Positions 24,622-37,747 of a stretch of DNA of 64,000 nt are shown in pieces. How positions within the stretch are numbered: position 1 is the stretch's first letter; each line of letters opens with the position of its first letter. The stretch is taken from the NCBI GenBank assembly GCA_000165425.1, contig CT868119.1, positions 1 through 64,000 on the forward strand, read 5' to 3'. Position numbers and translations under genes: made by a program. Below the pieces are notes generated by a model. It was not told the DNA's origin, did no database searches, and worked only from the letters and a program-made list of their open reading frames with translations. This stretch comes from Paramecium tetraurelia. Taxonomy: Eukaryota.

Positions 24622-26401
24622 ATGAAAAGGGAAAATAAATGTGATAGCAAGAGTAGGAGCAGAAGTCGTAGCAAGTCTAGCAAAAGGAACACCTAAAATA
24701 ACCAATTCTAAAATTTTATAGATAAGAAACTTGAAACAAAAGGAACTGATTAATAAATTGATAATAAAGAATCTATTTCTCACCATTCTAGTCCAATTAG
24801 ATCACAAGAAGAACTCCAAGAGAGCAATGAGCTTAATAAGTAAATATTGTGTTAATATAGAAAAAACAAAGAGGAATATAAGATTGTAGATTAGATTTAA
24901 TGTATCAATCTAGCCGCTACTAATTAATCTTAAATACAATTGGAATAGCAAGATCAAGATGAAAAGTGTTTTATATCAATGTCTCAACCTTAATAAGAAA
25001 CCGGGATTAACTCAAAAGAAACTTTTAACAAACAGCCATCTGAAATGATCACTATAAATGACAGCAGTTTGGAAGTGAATCAAAATGCTTAGAAGAATGA
25101 AAATAGAGGTGGTTCACAACTTGAGAATCGATTGTTTGGCAATTTTAAGAAAACACAATCGAGAAATAGTATATTGAGGCGAAAACAAAAAAAATTTTAA
25201 AGTCCACCCATCAAACAATCATCATAGCATGTAAAATAACCAAAATAATCCCTTGAATGCATAGATTTAACCAATGATGATAATATCTTAAGCTTCTTTG
25301 GACTTAATCATCCTATGCTATTAAGTTCTTTGGAATACGATAAAAAGGAATTATTCGAATTAGCTGAACCATACGAATATTAATGTGGAAATTTTATGCT
25401 TAGTTTGGGAATCCAAAATCATTATACTGCAATTGTTACTCTGCCTAACTTATCTTAAAAAAAACCTGTTTATTATTTATTTATGATGTTCTAATTTGAT
25501 CCAAAAAAAAACATTTATTGCATGGTCCCAGAAGATGACTAAACAACATTACTGGTTAGTTCTAATATTTCATCACTTTATTATTATTGCAACTCTAATA
25601 TTCAATAAAAAAAAAACAATAAAACAACCTAAATAGAAAGTAATCTGAAGTACAAATTTCCTTATATATATCCATCTTTAATTAGAAAATATGTTGTCTC
25701 TTATTAATAAGATGATTCATAGATTCTGTATCAAATAAATTACAATTCAAATGCTACCTAACAAGCAATTGAAGATTATTATTGGGACGATCCAGGACAT
25801 TTAATTACAGGTACCAGTCATCCTTTTTTGAAAATTTTATTCTTTAAATCCAAAAATAATTAGATTCCTTCATTTTACTTCAAATTTATTAGCACTCCAC
25901 TTTATGAAGGACAGTATAGTTTAAAGGCTAGTCTCAAATAAAATGGGAATCAGATTGTTGTAGATAGAAGGTTTAGCACTTCTTTAAAATTAGGTTCTTG
26001 AGTCCCTTTTCCTATGGTGTTCATCCTATTAAAATTGAAATCAATAGAATAACAAATCAAATTGTTATGAAACAAACAGGGACAGAGGATATAATCACAT
26101 CAAAAAATGTAAAATGCTTTTGGGACCAAGTTCTACCAAAATACTTATAATTATACAATCCGTATTATCATATTTTAAGTTTAGCAAACAGTTGTACTAT
26201 TACTTTGTTGATCTCATCAATCAGGATAGAAGAATCTCAGAAAAATACAAGAAATGGAATCAGCTCTATTAATACATGAGCAAATCTAATCAATAAAAAT
26301 CTAGTAAGCCAAATGATGAGACTGTCATCCTTAATGATAAGCAGTTTTTTAGTTATTCAATAGAAGAAAAGAAAAATGGAAACAAAATTAATTATTAATG
26401 A
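24622..26401 (+). CDS. Hypothetical, probably nuclear protein (RS-rich N-terminus, SIM-like IDLT, possible FYR-like domain)
   Basis: MKRENKCDSKSRSRSRSKS, RRKQKK, ECIDLTNDD, SFFGLNHP. One splice junction near 25960-25993 is uncertain. Confidence 0.65.
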
Positions 26402-26406
26402 TAAAT

Positions 26407-27443
26407 ATGAATAAATTATAGTTTGTCTTTAAATTTTGCACCGAGCCTCAAAAGTCGATCTATAAACTTGAGAATGCTCAAAAATATATCTCTGATTTAG
26501 TCCAAAAGACTGATTGGATCAGCTTTGCAATATCTAAACATATCCCCAAACAAGTGAGGTACTTATTTTTCATTGAATAAAGATAAGATTATTTGAACAT
26601 TTGTCAATTTCATAATGAATTAGCCAGAATTGAAGAAACCTCTAAAGAGAGATCCCTTGGAGTAGGCAAACTTTAATATTGGTCTGATCAAATCGATTAA
26701 GTAATATTCCTTAAGATATTGAGATTTTTTTAGATAATCCTTAAAGAGATCCTTTATCAATTTGCCTTCATAACAGTTGCAAAAACAACCCATTACCAAA
26801 ATATCTCTTTCAAAAAATGATAAATTATCGCAAATAACAAGTGGAGAGGGGAGAATTTGCAAATCTTGTAGATATGGCGACATCGGCAGAAGCAAACAGA
26901 GGGTCGCAATTTTTATTGTTTTTGAGGTTGATGAGGATGGATATAGAGAATCAGGATCTAAAATAATTAACAGAGTTTTCGGCTTAAGCAGTTGGAATTA
27001 CAGATTATCTTAGGAGAGTGCCATTCACACTTTAAAATTATAAACTAAGTTTACCAGAGGATATTAAATTTAAACATAACATCAATGTTAGGTCACTTTG
27101 GGACAGAATTAGAGGTATTACTTTATTAGAATACAAGGTGAGCCAAAGGAAGAATTATATGATGTAGTTTTAGAAGTGGCTGCATTTGCAAGATCCTAAA
27201 TGATCAAGTCTACATCATTTTAGAATAAGATTCCACCTTAATCATTCAGAGCATTTTTGCATTTAACACCGACTGAGCAATACTTAGAAGAGTTGGAATA
27301 TTATAATTTTAAGATATTTGAAAAGTATCGATTCTATTTATATAAGAGCGATCAATTAAAATTCATATGTGTAATTACCCATAACTCTATTTAAAAATTG
27401 CAGAAAGATGAAGTTTGTAAGCAAAGATTACGAATAGAAATGA
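26407..27443 (+). CDS. NDUFAF6: Complex I assembly factor NDUFAF6 (squalene/phytoene synthase family)
   Basis: FHNELARIEETSKERSLGVGKLQYW, AQAVGITDYLRRVPF, LSLPEDI, LYDVVLEVAAFA, IPPQSFRAFL. Four introns of 22-24 nt. Confidence 0.85.
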
Positions 27444-27473
27444 GTATTAATTTATAGATATTAATTTAATTTT

Positions 27474-30207
27474 ATGAAAAAGTCCCAGTCATAAAATAAT
27501 TCAGGAACCTTTGATTTCCCAGAAGTTAATAAACCTAGGTTCGAGCCTTAGCTTCATAAAATCAGTGCAAGCACATAATAAAAAGTTGTAATTTAAAAAC
27601 TGACTAATTCACTTAATAATAATAAAATTATTACTTAGACGACTGAATAACCATAGACTTTAAGAAGTTAGGTTTCTAAGCCTTTAATTAATTCGGAACG
27701 CTTTATGTTTGATTTAGATGCTTCAATGATATATATTCACAGAGAAAAAATTGCACAATTTGAAGAACTTGAATAATAGAGAATTCAGTAATTATTAAGA
27801 GACATACAAACAAAGGTTCCTTAAATAAATGATAAAGTAAATCATTTCATAGCATTAGCAGTCTAATACGAAAATGAAAAAGTTAATCCTTTGGTGAATT
27901 AATTCATAAAAGTGATTGAATAATTATTGTAAATTTTAGATGAAAAAAATAAGGAAATAAAAGAATATTAGTTTGCATTGAAGTAAAGTAGAGAGCAGGT
28001 GTAAAATAACAGCAGGTTAATTGAAGATTAATCACAAATGATAAAATATATGGAAAGTTAAAATTAAAACGCTAAAAATGTTACAAGAACCTTTTAGAGA
28101 TCTAATGAATTGGCTGTCATAAACGTGTAGCTTGAAAAGAAAGTGGAACTATTAAATTAGAATCTATAATTTTTAATGAATCAAAACAAAGATAGTTTAG
28201 CCACTCAATTATAATAAAAAATTGAGTTACTCAATAAAACAATTGAAGAATAATAAAATAAATCATACGATGATAACAATAAATAGATTTAATTGTAACA
28301 ATAAATTTAAACTCTCAAATCAACTGAATTCAAACATTAAATGTAACTTAAGAAATTAGAAGATAAAATCTCAGACTATGAAACAAAACTAAAAGATTTA
28401 AATTTTCAAGCCTCATATTCTAAGGAATAAAAAGATCAATATAGAGAGCTTTATTATATGACATATGAAGATTTGTAAATGAGCAAATTAAATACACTAA
28501 CAGAAAGAAAATAAATGCAAAAGAGTTTTGAAAAAATCAGAATGTTGTAAGATAGAATAGATGAAATGACAGTTAAAAGAAGTAAGGAAGTTGATGCCCC
28601 TTTTTAAAGTAGAGTTGAAGGTGATATGATACAATTATAAGCAATAACCAAAATTTTAGATGAAGATCATGTATTTTAAAGGTATATGATGAGTAGTTTC
28701 CTAAAGAATGTCCAAGAGTATGATTCAAAATTAGTAGATGCATATGTAGATGTTAAAAGATTGGTCGTAGGCAGAGATGAAGAGGCAGAGTTATAAACAT
28801 TAAGATATAATTATCCGCCTTTCAATTTATTTCTAGAAAAGAGACTTGTTGATTAGGAAACTTAATATCTACAAATAAGGCCAATTTCCAATAATTTTAT
28901 GGGTTTACTTAGAGCTATCTTGGATGGTATGTTTATTGAGTTTCAAAAAAATACATATATTTCTTTTTAAAGTTATGTAATTTCCTGGTTAAGTACATTC
29001 ACAATTGAGAATCATCAAGTTATAATATTTCCTGAAGATACAAAAAGAGTATATTTTATACACTATAAATTAAGGTCAAGATAGAAGAACAATTGCACAC
29101 TTTTTACCTAGATTTGATGGTACCTAGATTAGATAAAGTTTGGGAAGTGGTTCAATTCAGGCATTTTTTAAATGACATCTATTCATTAGAAGAATTATAT
29201 TTCTATCTTCATGCTCGCTTTCTTTTGAGAAGAGGACCTTGGATCGAAACATTTGATGCAATCTATGGTGTAGTCCATTACATGAAAGTATAATAAGCTG
29301 AATCCATAATATTGAGGTTTTTAGAATAATTTGATAAGATAAATTAAACCTTAGTTATAAGAGCCGTTAACGAACGAATTGTGGAAGGCAAAAGTAATAA
29401 TACTATTTTATTAGATCAGAAGACAGAAAATTAATTTAAACAGGATTTGTATTATAATTATTACTGGAAATTTTCAGAATAGATAGAATTAATAGATACA
29501 AAATTCTTTCTTTTGCATTTCCAGCTTAACCTATTACCTTTAAATAATTTCATAAATTTATTAAAGGAAATTTTTCAAAATGTACTGAAGGGGAAGCTGC
29601 AGAACTTTGGAGAGAAGTTTACATGATTTCAAATGGCATTCCAAATTTAAATTCATTCTTTACTGCTGCCCAATCACTTTTTATTAAGTCACTTATACTT
29701 CCTGCAATATATGCTGCTCCACTTCTAGATACTAATAGAAAATTAGCATTTGATGAATTAAATTTCACAACAATGAAAATTTAAGAATAATTAAAAGAAA
29801 TCAATGATTCTGATTTAGACATCCTTAAGATGTTAATTCCTTCAAATTTTCAAGAGGAAATGATTAGAGTTACAAAATAACTAATGCCAAAAAATTAAAT
29901 TTAGTTTGTCAATCCTCTTGAATATATATTTAAATTTATGAAGCTTATCATCACATTAAAATATAACACTATTTTAGCAGATGGCATAGAAGAAGACGGT
30001 GTTAATAGAAAAGGCTTTATGACTGAAACATTTACATAATTCATCACTTCTGAAATTAGTGAATTGAATAAAATTATTCATAAAAAGCAATCATATATGT
30101 CTGATTAAGAAATTAGAATATCCAGATTATAAAAATATGTAAAGAAAAAAGTAAAGAAAATCTATGTTATCATGTCATCTGTGTTACAATCAAGAATAAA
30201 ATAATGA
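27474..30207 (+). CDS. Large coiled-coil protein with C-terminal EF-hand/IQ-like segments (TSNAXIP1-like architecture)
   Basis: Long heptad region, then helical domain WEVVQFRHFLND..LEELYFYL, ITFKQFHKFI, IRISRLQKYVKKK. Confidence 0.7.
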
Positions 30208-30215
30208 TATTTATT

Positions 30216-33200
30216 TCATATATTATCAAAATCGTTGAAACTCTGAATTATTGTTCCTTAATTTATATATTATCCAACATCATCGACAACTTATTAAATT
30301 AATTAAGTTTAAATTTGGGCCTAAGCATTTTATGTTTGTTATTATTATTGTTATTATTAACTTTATTATTATTGATCCTTTGGCTTAGCAGGTTTTCTCT
30401 TTGTGGCCCTGTAATCCTCAATAAGTTTCTTTCCTTTCTCTAATTTAATTTCTGATGTTTCATTAAGGAAATTCCCTTCATTTTATTCTTGCTGATCTTT
30501 CTCATAAAATCTAATGTACATATTATTAAGCAATGGTACAATAGAATCCTGTTTAAATAACTCAGTCGTCCTTCTGTAGGATTCAGACTTCAAAATGATG
30601 TCTCTGATTAAAACTTTATCATCTATCTTTCTATATTCTTCTAACAATCCAATGCATGCTTAATATAATCTAATATCATAAGTCTTATGTAACTTTTCGA
30701 AAAGTTAGTAGATATCTTTGTATTTTTACATTTTGAGCAAAATCTTGATAATCAATTTTAATATTTTAGACTTCTAGTAATTAAAAATTAGGTCTTGCGA
30801 ATAGTAATGACTTAGTACTTCATCTTTCTCACACTTATATTTATCAATTTATAAGTAATAATACACAAGATCTCTACTATTAGGTTGATATATTGAGGAT
30901 ATTTATGCAAAAACTTAATCTATAGGAGCTTAACTATTAAATTTTAAATGGGTTGCATAATAAAACGCTTCTATTATATACCTTTAAGCCTTTTTTCTTA
31001 CCAATTTTTATGTATTCTCTATAAATATATTCAAAAGGTTATTTAAAATTACATTAATTTCATCATTATTGAACTCTGTATTTTCTTCTTTCTCAAGTTG
31101 TTCTTAATTAAAGTTTGATATTTTAAATTTCCTGTTATCATATTAAAACTCAAATTTAAGATCACTTTAACTTTAATTTAATAAATCAGAAAATTTTTCT
31201 TTAACTATTTAGATTAATTGTTTTAGTTAATAATATAGTCTATGTCTTAAGAATCTTCTGATGAATTTGTAAATGTTTATGTAAAGGTCTTACTTCATTT
31301 CTAATTCACCATCACTTGATTGAGAAAGATATTCAATTTCATATTCTTTCATTTACTTGATTAAGTTAACAAGACTGTTAATATTATCTAAATTCTAACT
31401 AATTCTTTCAATTGGAACATTCCTATATTTTCTCATTACTTTTTTTTCATATAATTATAAGACTCTAAAATTATTTTCTATTTCAAAAGCATCTTTAGGT
31501 ATGTTATATTATTTTTAATAAAGTGATTAATACCCTTATTCTGTCTTTTTGTACAACTGTTCGTTATTTGAATGCTAGTATTCAACTTGTCTTTACTTTA
31601 ATTTAATCAAGTCCATTACATATCTATATTCATTTAAATGATTCAATAAGGGATTTTTATTTACATAAGCCTAAATCTTTTTTTGACTTAAAAACCAATC
31701 AATTTCAGTTTAGGTTTTCAATTTAAATTACTTTTAAGCCTACTCAAAAGTACCTTGGTACAAGTAATTCCATAAATATGGTGATTCTTTATAGGCTAAG
31801 GCATAACAGATATTTTTTAAATCAAATTTAGGTTGATTTTCATTAAAATTTATTTCTTCTGACTTTTAAATTTGATAATATAAGTTAGATTTATATTCAC
31901 ATTACAAATTGTTTTAAGTAACACAATCTTAGAATTCTTTTATTGAAGTTATTTGTGATTTCTATTTTGTAAAAATCTAAGAATATAACCATTCAGCAAA
32001 TTCCTAAATCTTAGGATCAGTATATTTTTGCAAAGATCTCTTAATAATATCAATAGTAAATTAATTTAATTATCTTTAATCCGAAAAGATCTTTGAAAAA
32101 TGAGTTAAAAAATAACCCATAAATTAAAGCTCTGCTTCAGATAAATCTCTCTCAAACTCTTACTAGAGATAATAGCCTTTTAAAAATATATATTAAAACT
32201 GTTTACTAAATTCTTTAGTAGTTAATCCATATTCAACTCTTATGATTTCCTTAGCCAATCTTTTTATATGTTCAATAATTTTTGGGTCTCCAATGTTTAC
32301 CTTGATAGTATGATTCAACAAGAATTCAACTGTTTTAGTTGTAAACTGGTAGTTATATTTACCTAATTTAAAAGAACTGTCAATTTGATCCTATAATAAA
32401 TGTATATTTTAGTATGATTTTAAAAAAACTTCATCAGATTCTATTTCTTCTTCCGAAGCACTTGAAAATGATTCTGGCTATGGATATTTAGTCTCTTATT
32501 TTTCAATCTCAATTTGTAACTCATTTTATTGAACTATAAATTAAGGTGTATATTGATCTTTTAAATCTAATAAATGAAGCAAATAGTATCGAAGTTCTAA
32601 GTCATTTGAAACATTGTTTTTGTAATGTTCAATTAATTGATCATATCTATTTTTCATCTTTATTTTAGTTTTAATAAATTCTTACAGAATTAGATCAATG
32701 TTTATGTAATTAAAAAGTTTATTTATATTGAGATGATGAAATTTTAGAATCTCAATCAAAAGTAGATGCTTATTTTAACCATTTGTTTGTTATAAGAAAA
32801 TTTCGATAAATTTAGCCAAAAACTCACTTGAATCTAATTCCATTAAAGAATAAATTATTGAAAATTTTAGAAAGATAAACCCTATAGAAAGATCTGGTTA
32901 GGGAATATTCAAAAATTGCTATATTAAAGGTTGCACAAATTTATAAATTATTTTAAGTTCTTCTTTTTATTGCACAAAATAAAATTAATTTAGACAAATG
33001 ATAGCCAATCTTTTAATCATATCATAACTTTAATTCTATTTCAAATAATCCTAGACATAAATTATTTAAGTTCTTATTTTTTCATTATCTTCTAGCCTCT
33101 ATTCTTTTTATTCCCATTAAGTAAGAATTTGTTGAATTTATTAAGATTAATGTGGTGAACTTGAAGAAATTTAAAATTATGCAGATTTTATCTTATCTAA

Positions 33201-34854
33201 AATTTCTTAACTTAATTCAGGGTTATTTAATTATTAGGAACATTATTTCGCTATTCTTCCTTAAAAAAAATTTATATCACTATGAATATAGGCCATCACT
33301 CTATAGTAGCTTGATAAATATTTTTAAATCTCTGCTTTATCTGTTATTATTTGATTAATGTTTGTCTAAAGAAGCTCCAATTTCATATTATTAATAAATG
33401 TAATAAAGTTTTTAATTTTGTTTTGCTGCTCAGGAGATTTAGGTTTCTTTTCTTTAAATCTAAAAGTTAATTCTTCATATGCAACTTCCAATAGTCTTAA
33501 TTTAATTTTAGGATCATCAGTAAATTTGTTTGTAGAGTGCTGAGCCCATACGATACAATTTATTAAACCCTTAAGAGCCTCTCGATATGATGAACTATTA
33601 GAATTTTTACTTTAGGGGCTTTTAAGTTGTTCATTTAAAGTATCTGATTGTTATTGCAGGGGAGCATCATCATATTATTAAAAATCTAAGCAAATTAATG
33701 ATATTAGTTTTTCTAATAATTAAATTATGGTTAAAAACTACTTGTTGTTTAAGTTTTCTAAAAGAAATTTAGCTACAGGGCATTCTTAGTTTTCATTTTA
33801 CTCACTTTAAATTTTATTGTTATTATTATTGAGTTAGAATATTTCATTCCCATCAAATTATTTTAATAATTCAATTAATTTATTATGATTAGATTGAATG
33901 ATCTAATCTAAAACAAATTATTAATCTTATTGCTATTTAGTTTTTTTAGATTTCTATCTCTCTGATTATTTAACAGGTTAATTTTCTTTTGGTAATTCTT
34001 TTGAAACATCTTTTGAATTTTATTGTTGTTCCTTGGAAATGACAATTATTTTTGTATTAGACATAAAGCATTTATCATTATGAATAAAATCAAACTTTTT
34101 TGATTCAAAATTAACATTAATTTGTAAAATATTCTATATTTTTTTAAAGAATTTCTTTAAATCATAGGTATCTAACTTGATTTCAAACGAGAATGTTTAA
34201 TTAAAATACAATAACTTCTAAGCAGACTCACAAGGGATCTTTTCTAATTGTTATTGAATTTCAGATTACTCTTATATAAGTTCTTTTACAAAATCAGTAA
34301 CATTATTTTTATCAATAAAGTATTTTTTCAATTCTGCAATTTTATGCTTCAAATTATTATTATCACTCATTTTATCAAAATATATTTCGAATTATTTTTA
34401 ATCATTCATTAAAAAACAAATAGAACAAACTTGATATAATATTGCCTCTATGATATTAGGTTAATTGCATAATTATAATCTATATAATCTAATTTAATTA
34501 ATACGCTTTCAATATAACATTTAAAGCTCTAGGCATCATTCCTAATTGCCTAAATATTAAAGCCATTTTTCTTTAGGTTTGCCAACAATTATCTGAAATT
34601 AAAGTACTTTGATAATAATAGTATAAAGCTTCGCATTTGTTCTGTACGCAATCACTTTAGACCAGAATTTCAGCTAAAGACATATAGATGCCATATAAAA
34701 TCTTTTTATCATCCTGATTAATAATGGATTGATTTTGCATTAACTCCTTTAATATCTGTATTCCTTATGCTTCATTCCCATTTTCTAGAAGGTCAATTGC
34801 CTATTAGTATTACTAAAATAACTCTGACTCTAGCTTTTCCTTGTTTTGACTCAT
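30216..34854 (-). CDS. Large TPR/helical-repeat protein with CABIN1/Hir3-like N-terminus
   Basis: ELFQQYQQAIDLLENG...YGIYMSLAEIL...EALYYYYQSTLI...WQTQRKMALIFRQLG. About 1500 aa with a Q-rich tail. Family call is by eye. Confidence 0.7.
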
Positions 34855-35650
34855 AAATAAAATAAAATATTGCGTAAATAAATTCATTCTTCTCAACTAA
34901 CTAGAATTGGATAAAGAAAGTTAATATATCAATATTCTTTAAAGTAATATAAAAATCTTTAGCATAATATAATGTAGAATTGTTTTATAATCACTAGCAT
35001 TTAAATTTCTAGTTCTCTTTTACCACCTCTTTGCCTATAATAAAATTATTATAATTATTACAAATTCTGATGGTTCCTTAAGATAAACAATTTAGGATCT
35101 TCCATTTTTTAAGGCATTTTTAAGCCAGCTACTTTCATAAATCCATTAAAATTTTCATAATTAGATATAAAGACTAAAGTTCTTATTGTATTTATAATTT
35201 AAAATATTTTTTCGGAAAATACAATACATTTTGAATTTTATCTTACATAATCATCTACTATCCTACACATCGATAATAATTTTGTTTTATTCTGAATTTA
35301 TAAAATATTATCTAAAGTTCTTTGTTGCTTTTAAAACATCTTAATTTTTTTGATTAAAATTAATTATGATATTAATGATAATAACAAAAGATTAGGAATG
35401 AGCAGAATTTATGAAAATAGTTTTTAAATTATATTCATTAGATAAAGACAGAGTTGAATATTTATTATTATCTTGCAAAGAATCCCAAACGTTTGATTGA
35501 GTTCTTCTTAAGTTAACGATATAAAAATCACTATTGCTTTTCAATAAATTTAAAAAAATACTTTTTAGCTTCTAGTTTTACTTTCTTATATTTCTAAAGA
35601 GAATGATTCATAGATTTGCTTAGAATTCTGATATTCGCTCTGTAAAATAT

Positions 35651-35676
35651 NNNNNNNNNNNNNNNNNNNNNNNNNN
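35651..35676. other. Assembly gap (run of N)
   Basis: 26 N characters. Confidence 1.
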
Positions 35677-36040
35677 GATTAATATGATCATTATTTTCCA
35701 GTTCAGTTCAATGCAAATTAATGCAATTTCATAATATGCTGTTATCAAAAAGGATAAAAATTAGAAATTCTGTTTTTAAAACTATATGTAATAGTTCTCA
35801 TTTAAATGGTAGTGAATTTTAAGCAATAGCATAAATCATTAAATTTATTAGAATTAACTATTCAAAATATCAAAATTTAAATTTTCTATAGTTGCTACTC
35901 TTAAATTCTCCCTATGCTGAAATTCATAATCTTTCTTATATTTAACTTTTAATTAATGTCTTTTAATGCATAAGATCCAACAACAAATAATTATAAGCTT
36001 AAATAATCTTTTTATAATTTAATTATTTATTATATACAAT

Positions 36041-37707
36041 ATGTCATAAAATTAATAAGGTGATAAAGCACAAAAGGAACAATATTTGTCAGACCAAGTT
36101 GAGAAAGGATTAGACGCTGATTTATGCGCTTAATTTCTCGTGAGTTTGAAGCCTGAAGGCGGTGATGACATTGACAACTGGAGCTTGAGTGAATTGAGTA
36201 AGAACTATGTGTAATGTTTTAGAGTCCGCAATTGAATAATTTAAGGAATCTTAGAAATAAGCCGAAGAATAGCAGCCGAATAATTCAGAAGATTAGAGCA
36301 ATTTGTAATAAGCACAACCACAAGAATAACCTCAACAAAATTAATAGATAAATTAATAGAGTAATACTCCTGTACTTGTAAATTGCTATTAAATCTTACC
36401 GAATGAACTATCGGGTGATAATGTGTCGGCTAAGATAGTGACGTAAATCTATTTGATATCAATAGATATAAAAAAGAGAGCGCTGGTTTCTTCTCCTCTT
36501 CATATATTGTATTTTAGATTGAGACACAACCTCATGGGTGGGTTGTTTTCAGAAGATATTCAGATTTTGAATGGCTTAGAGATTCATTATAGAAATTTTA
36601 TCCAGCTTTTGTTGTTCCTCCAATCCATAAAAAACGATCAAGGTCATTTGAGGATACTTATTTAAACAAAAGGGTGATTTTTATGTAAAGATTTCTAAAC
36701 AGCATATTTAAATCATATGAATTAAAAAGCAATATAATAGTTAAGAACTTTTTGAGCTTAACATAAAATAATGAATTTAAAAAATTCTAAGAAGTAAAAT
36801 TCATTAGTATTTTTAAAAGAGTATCACTAAGAGTGCTCCTCCATAGACAGTCTAAAGGATGTTCTCAAAGGAAGGTCAAGTGAATTGTGTTGCTCCAGGA
36901 GAATTACACCAATATGCCCAATAGACTTAGGATTATTTCTATGAAATTGATGGAGTCTACAAAAAGCTTAGAGTATTAAGCAAGAGTCTTAAGGAAATAC
37001 AATAATAAAATTCGCTAAAGATATATTGTGTTGGAGAGATCTTTGCTTCTTTATTCTAGCATTTAAATAAGTTAAACCAAGTACTGCCAACAGGATAAGC
37101 ACAAGGGTTAGCCGCTACCTCTCGGTATTATAAATAACACTATGATTACTTGGGGCAATATTATTGGAAAATAAATAGAATAAACAGAGGAGTATTTGAA
37201 TAGTTTCTTTAAGTATTAACAGCATTACAATTCATCCATCAAATAAATATATGAAACCAGAGCAGTCATATCGCAAGACTTAGAAAAATTCAAGTCTAAA
37301 TTACATTATAAGAAAGAACGATTGTTTTAATTAGGAGACATTTCGAAATGGGATTTAAGCAAGGACATTAAATTAAGTCCACAAGAATTACAATAAAATA
37401 AAAAGTTGGCATTCCAATATATGTGTGATTAAGAAACTAAACAAGAAATGGGGATGGAAATGTTGGTGGGATATTATACAAATTAAATATTTTCGTAAAC
37501 TCAGTAATTTTTCAAGTAGCAATAACAAGAATTAGTTGGTCATTTTATTAAATTCTGTCAAGTGTAGGCGTTCAATATCACAGATGTAATTTTTTAGTTA
37601 AATTAAAGCATCATTAATTATGGGCTGATGCAATAACGAATCTCTAAAACAATTTGTTAACTCAAAAGCGGTAGACATAATAAGTAGTTATAGAAAGTGT
37701 TGGTTGA
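36041..37707 (+). CDS. Sorting nexin (PX domain plus coiled-coil/BAR-like region)
   Basis: GFFSSSYIVFQIET, WVVFRRYSDFEWLR, YPAFVVPPIHKK, KRVIFMQRFLNSI. Confidence 0.9.
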
Positions 37708-37747
37708 TAAATTGAGAGAATTTATTAAATAATATTACATTTATTTA

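Noticed and set aside
34900..36000. Possible gene, IES or transposon around the N gap
   Set aside because: Only short interrupted frames and no terminal repeats; IESs cannot be called without germline comparison.
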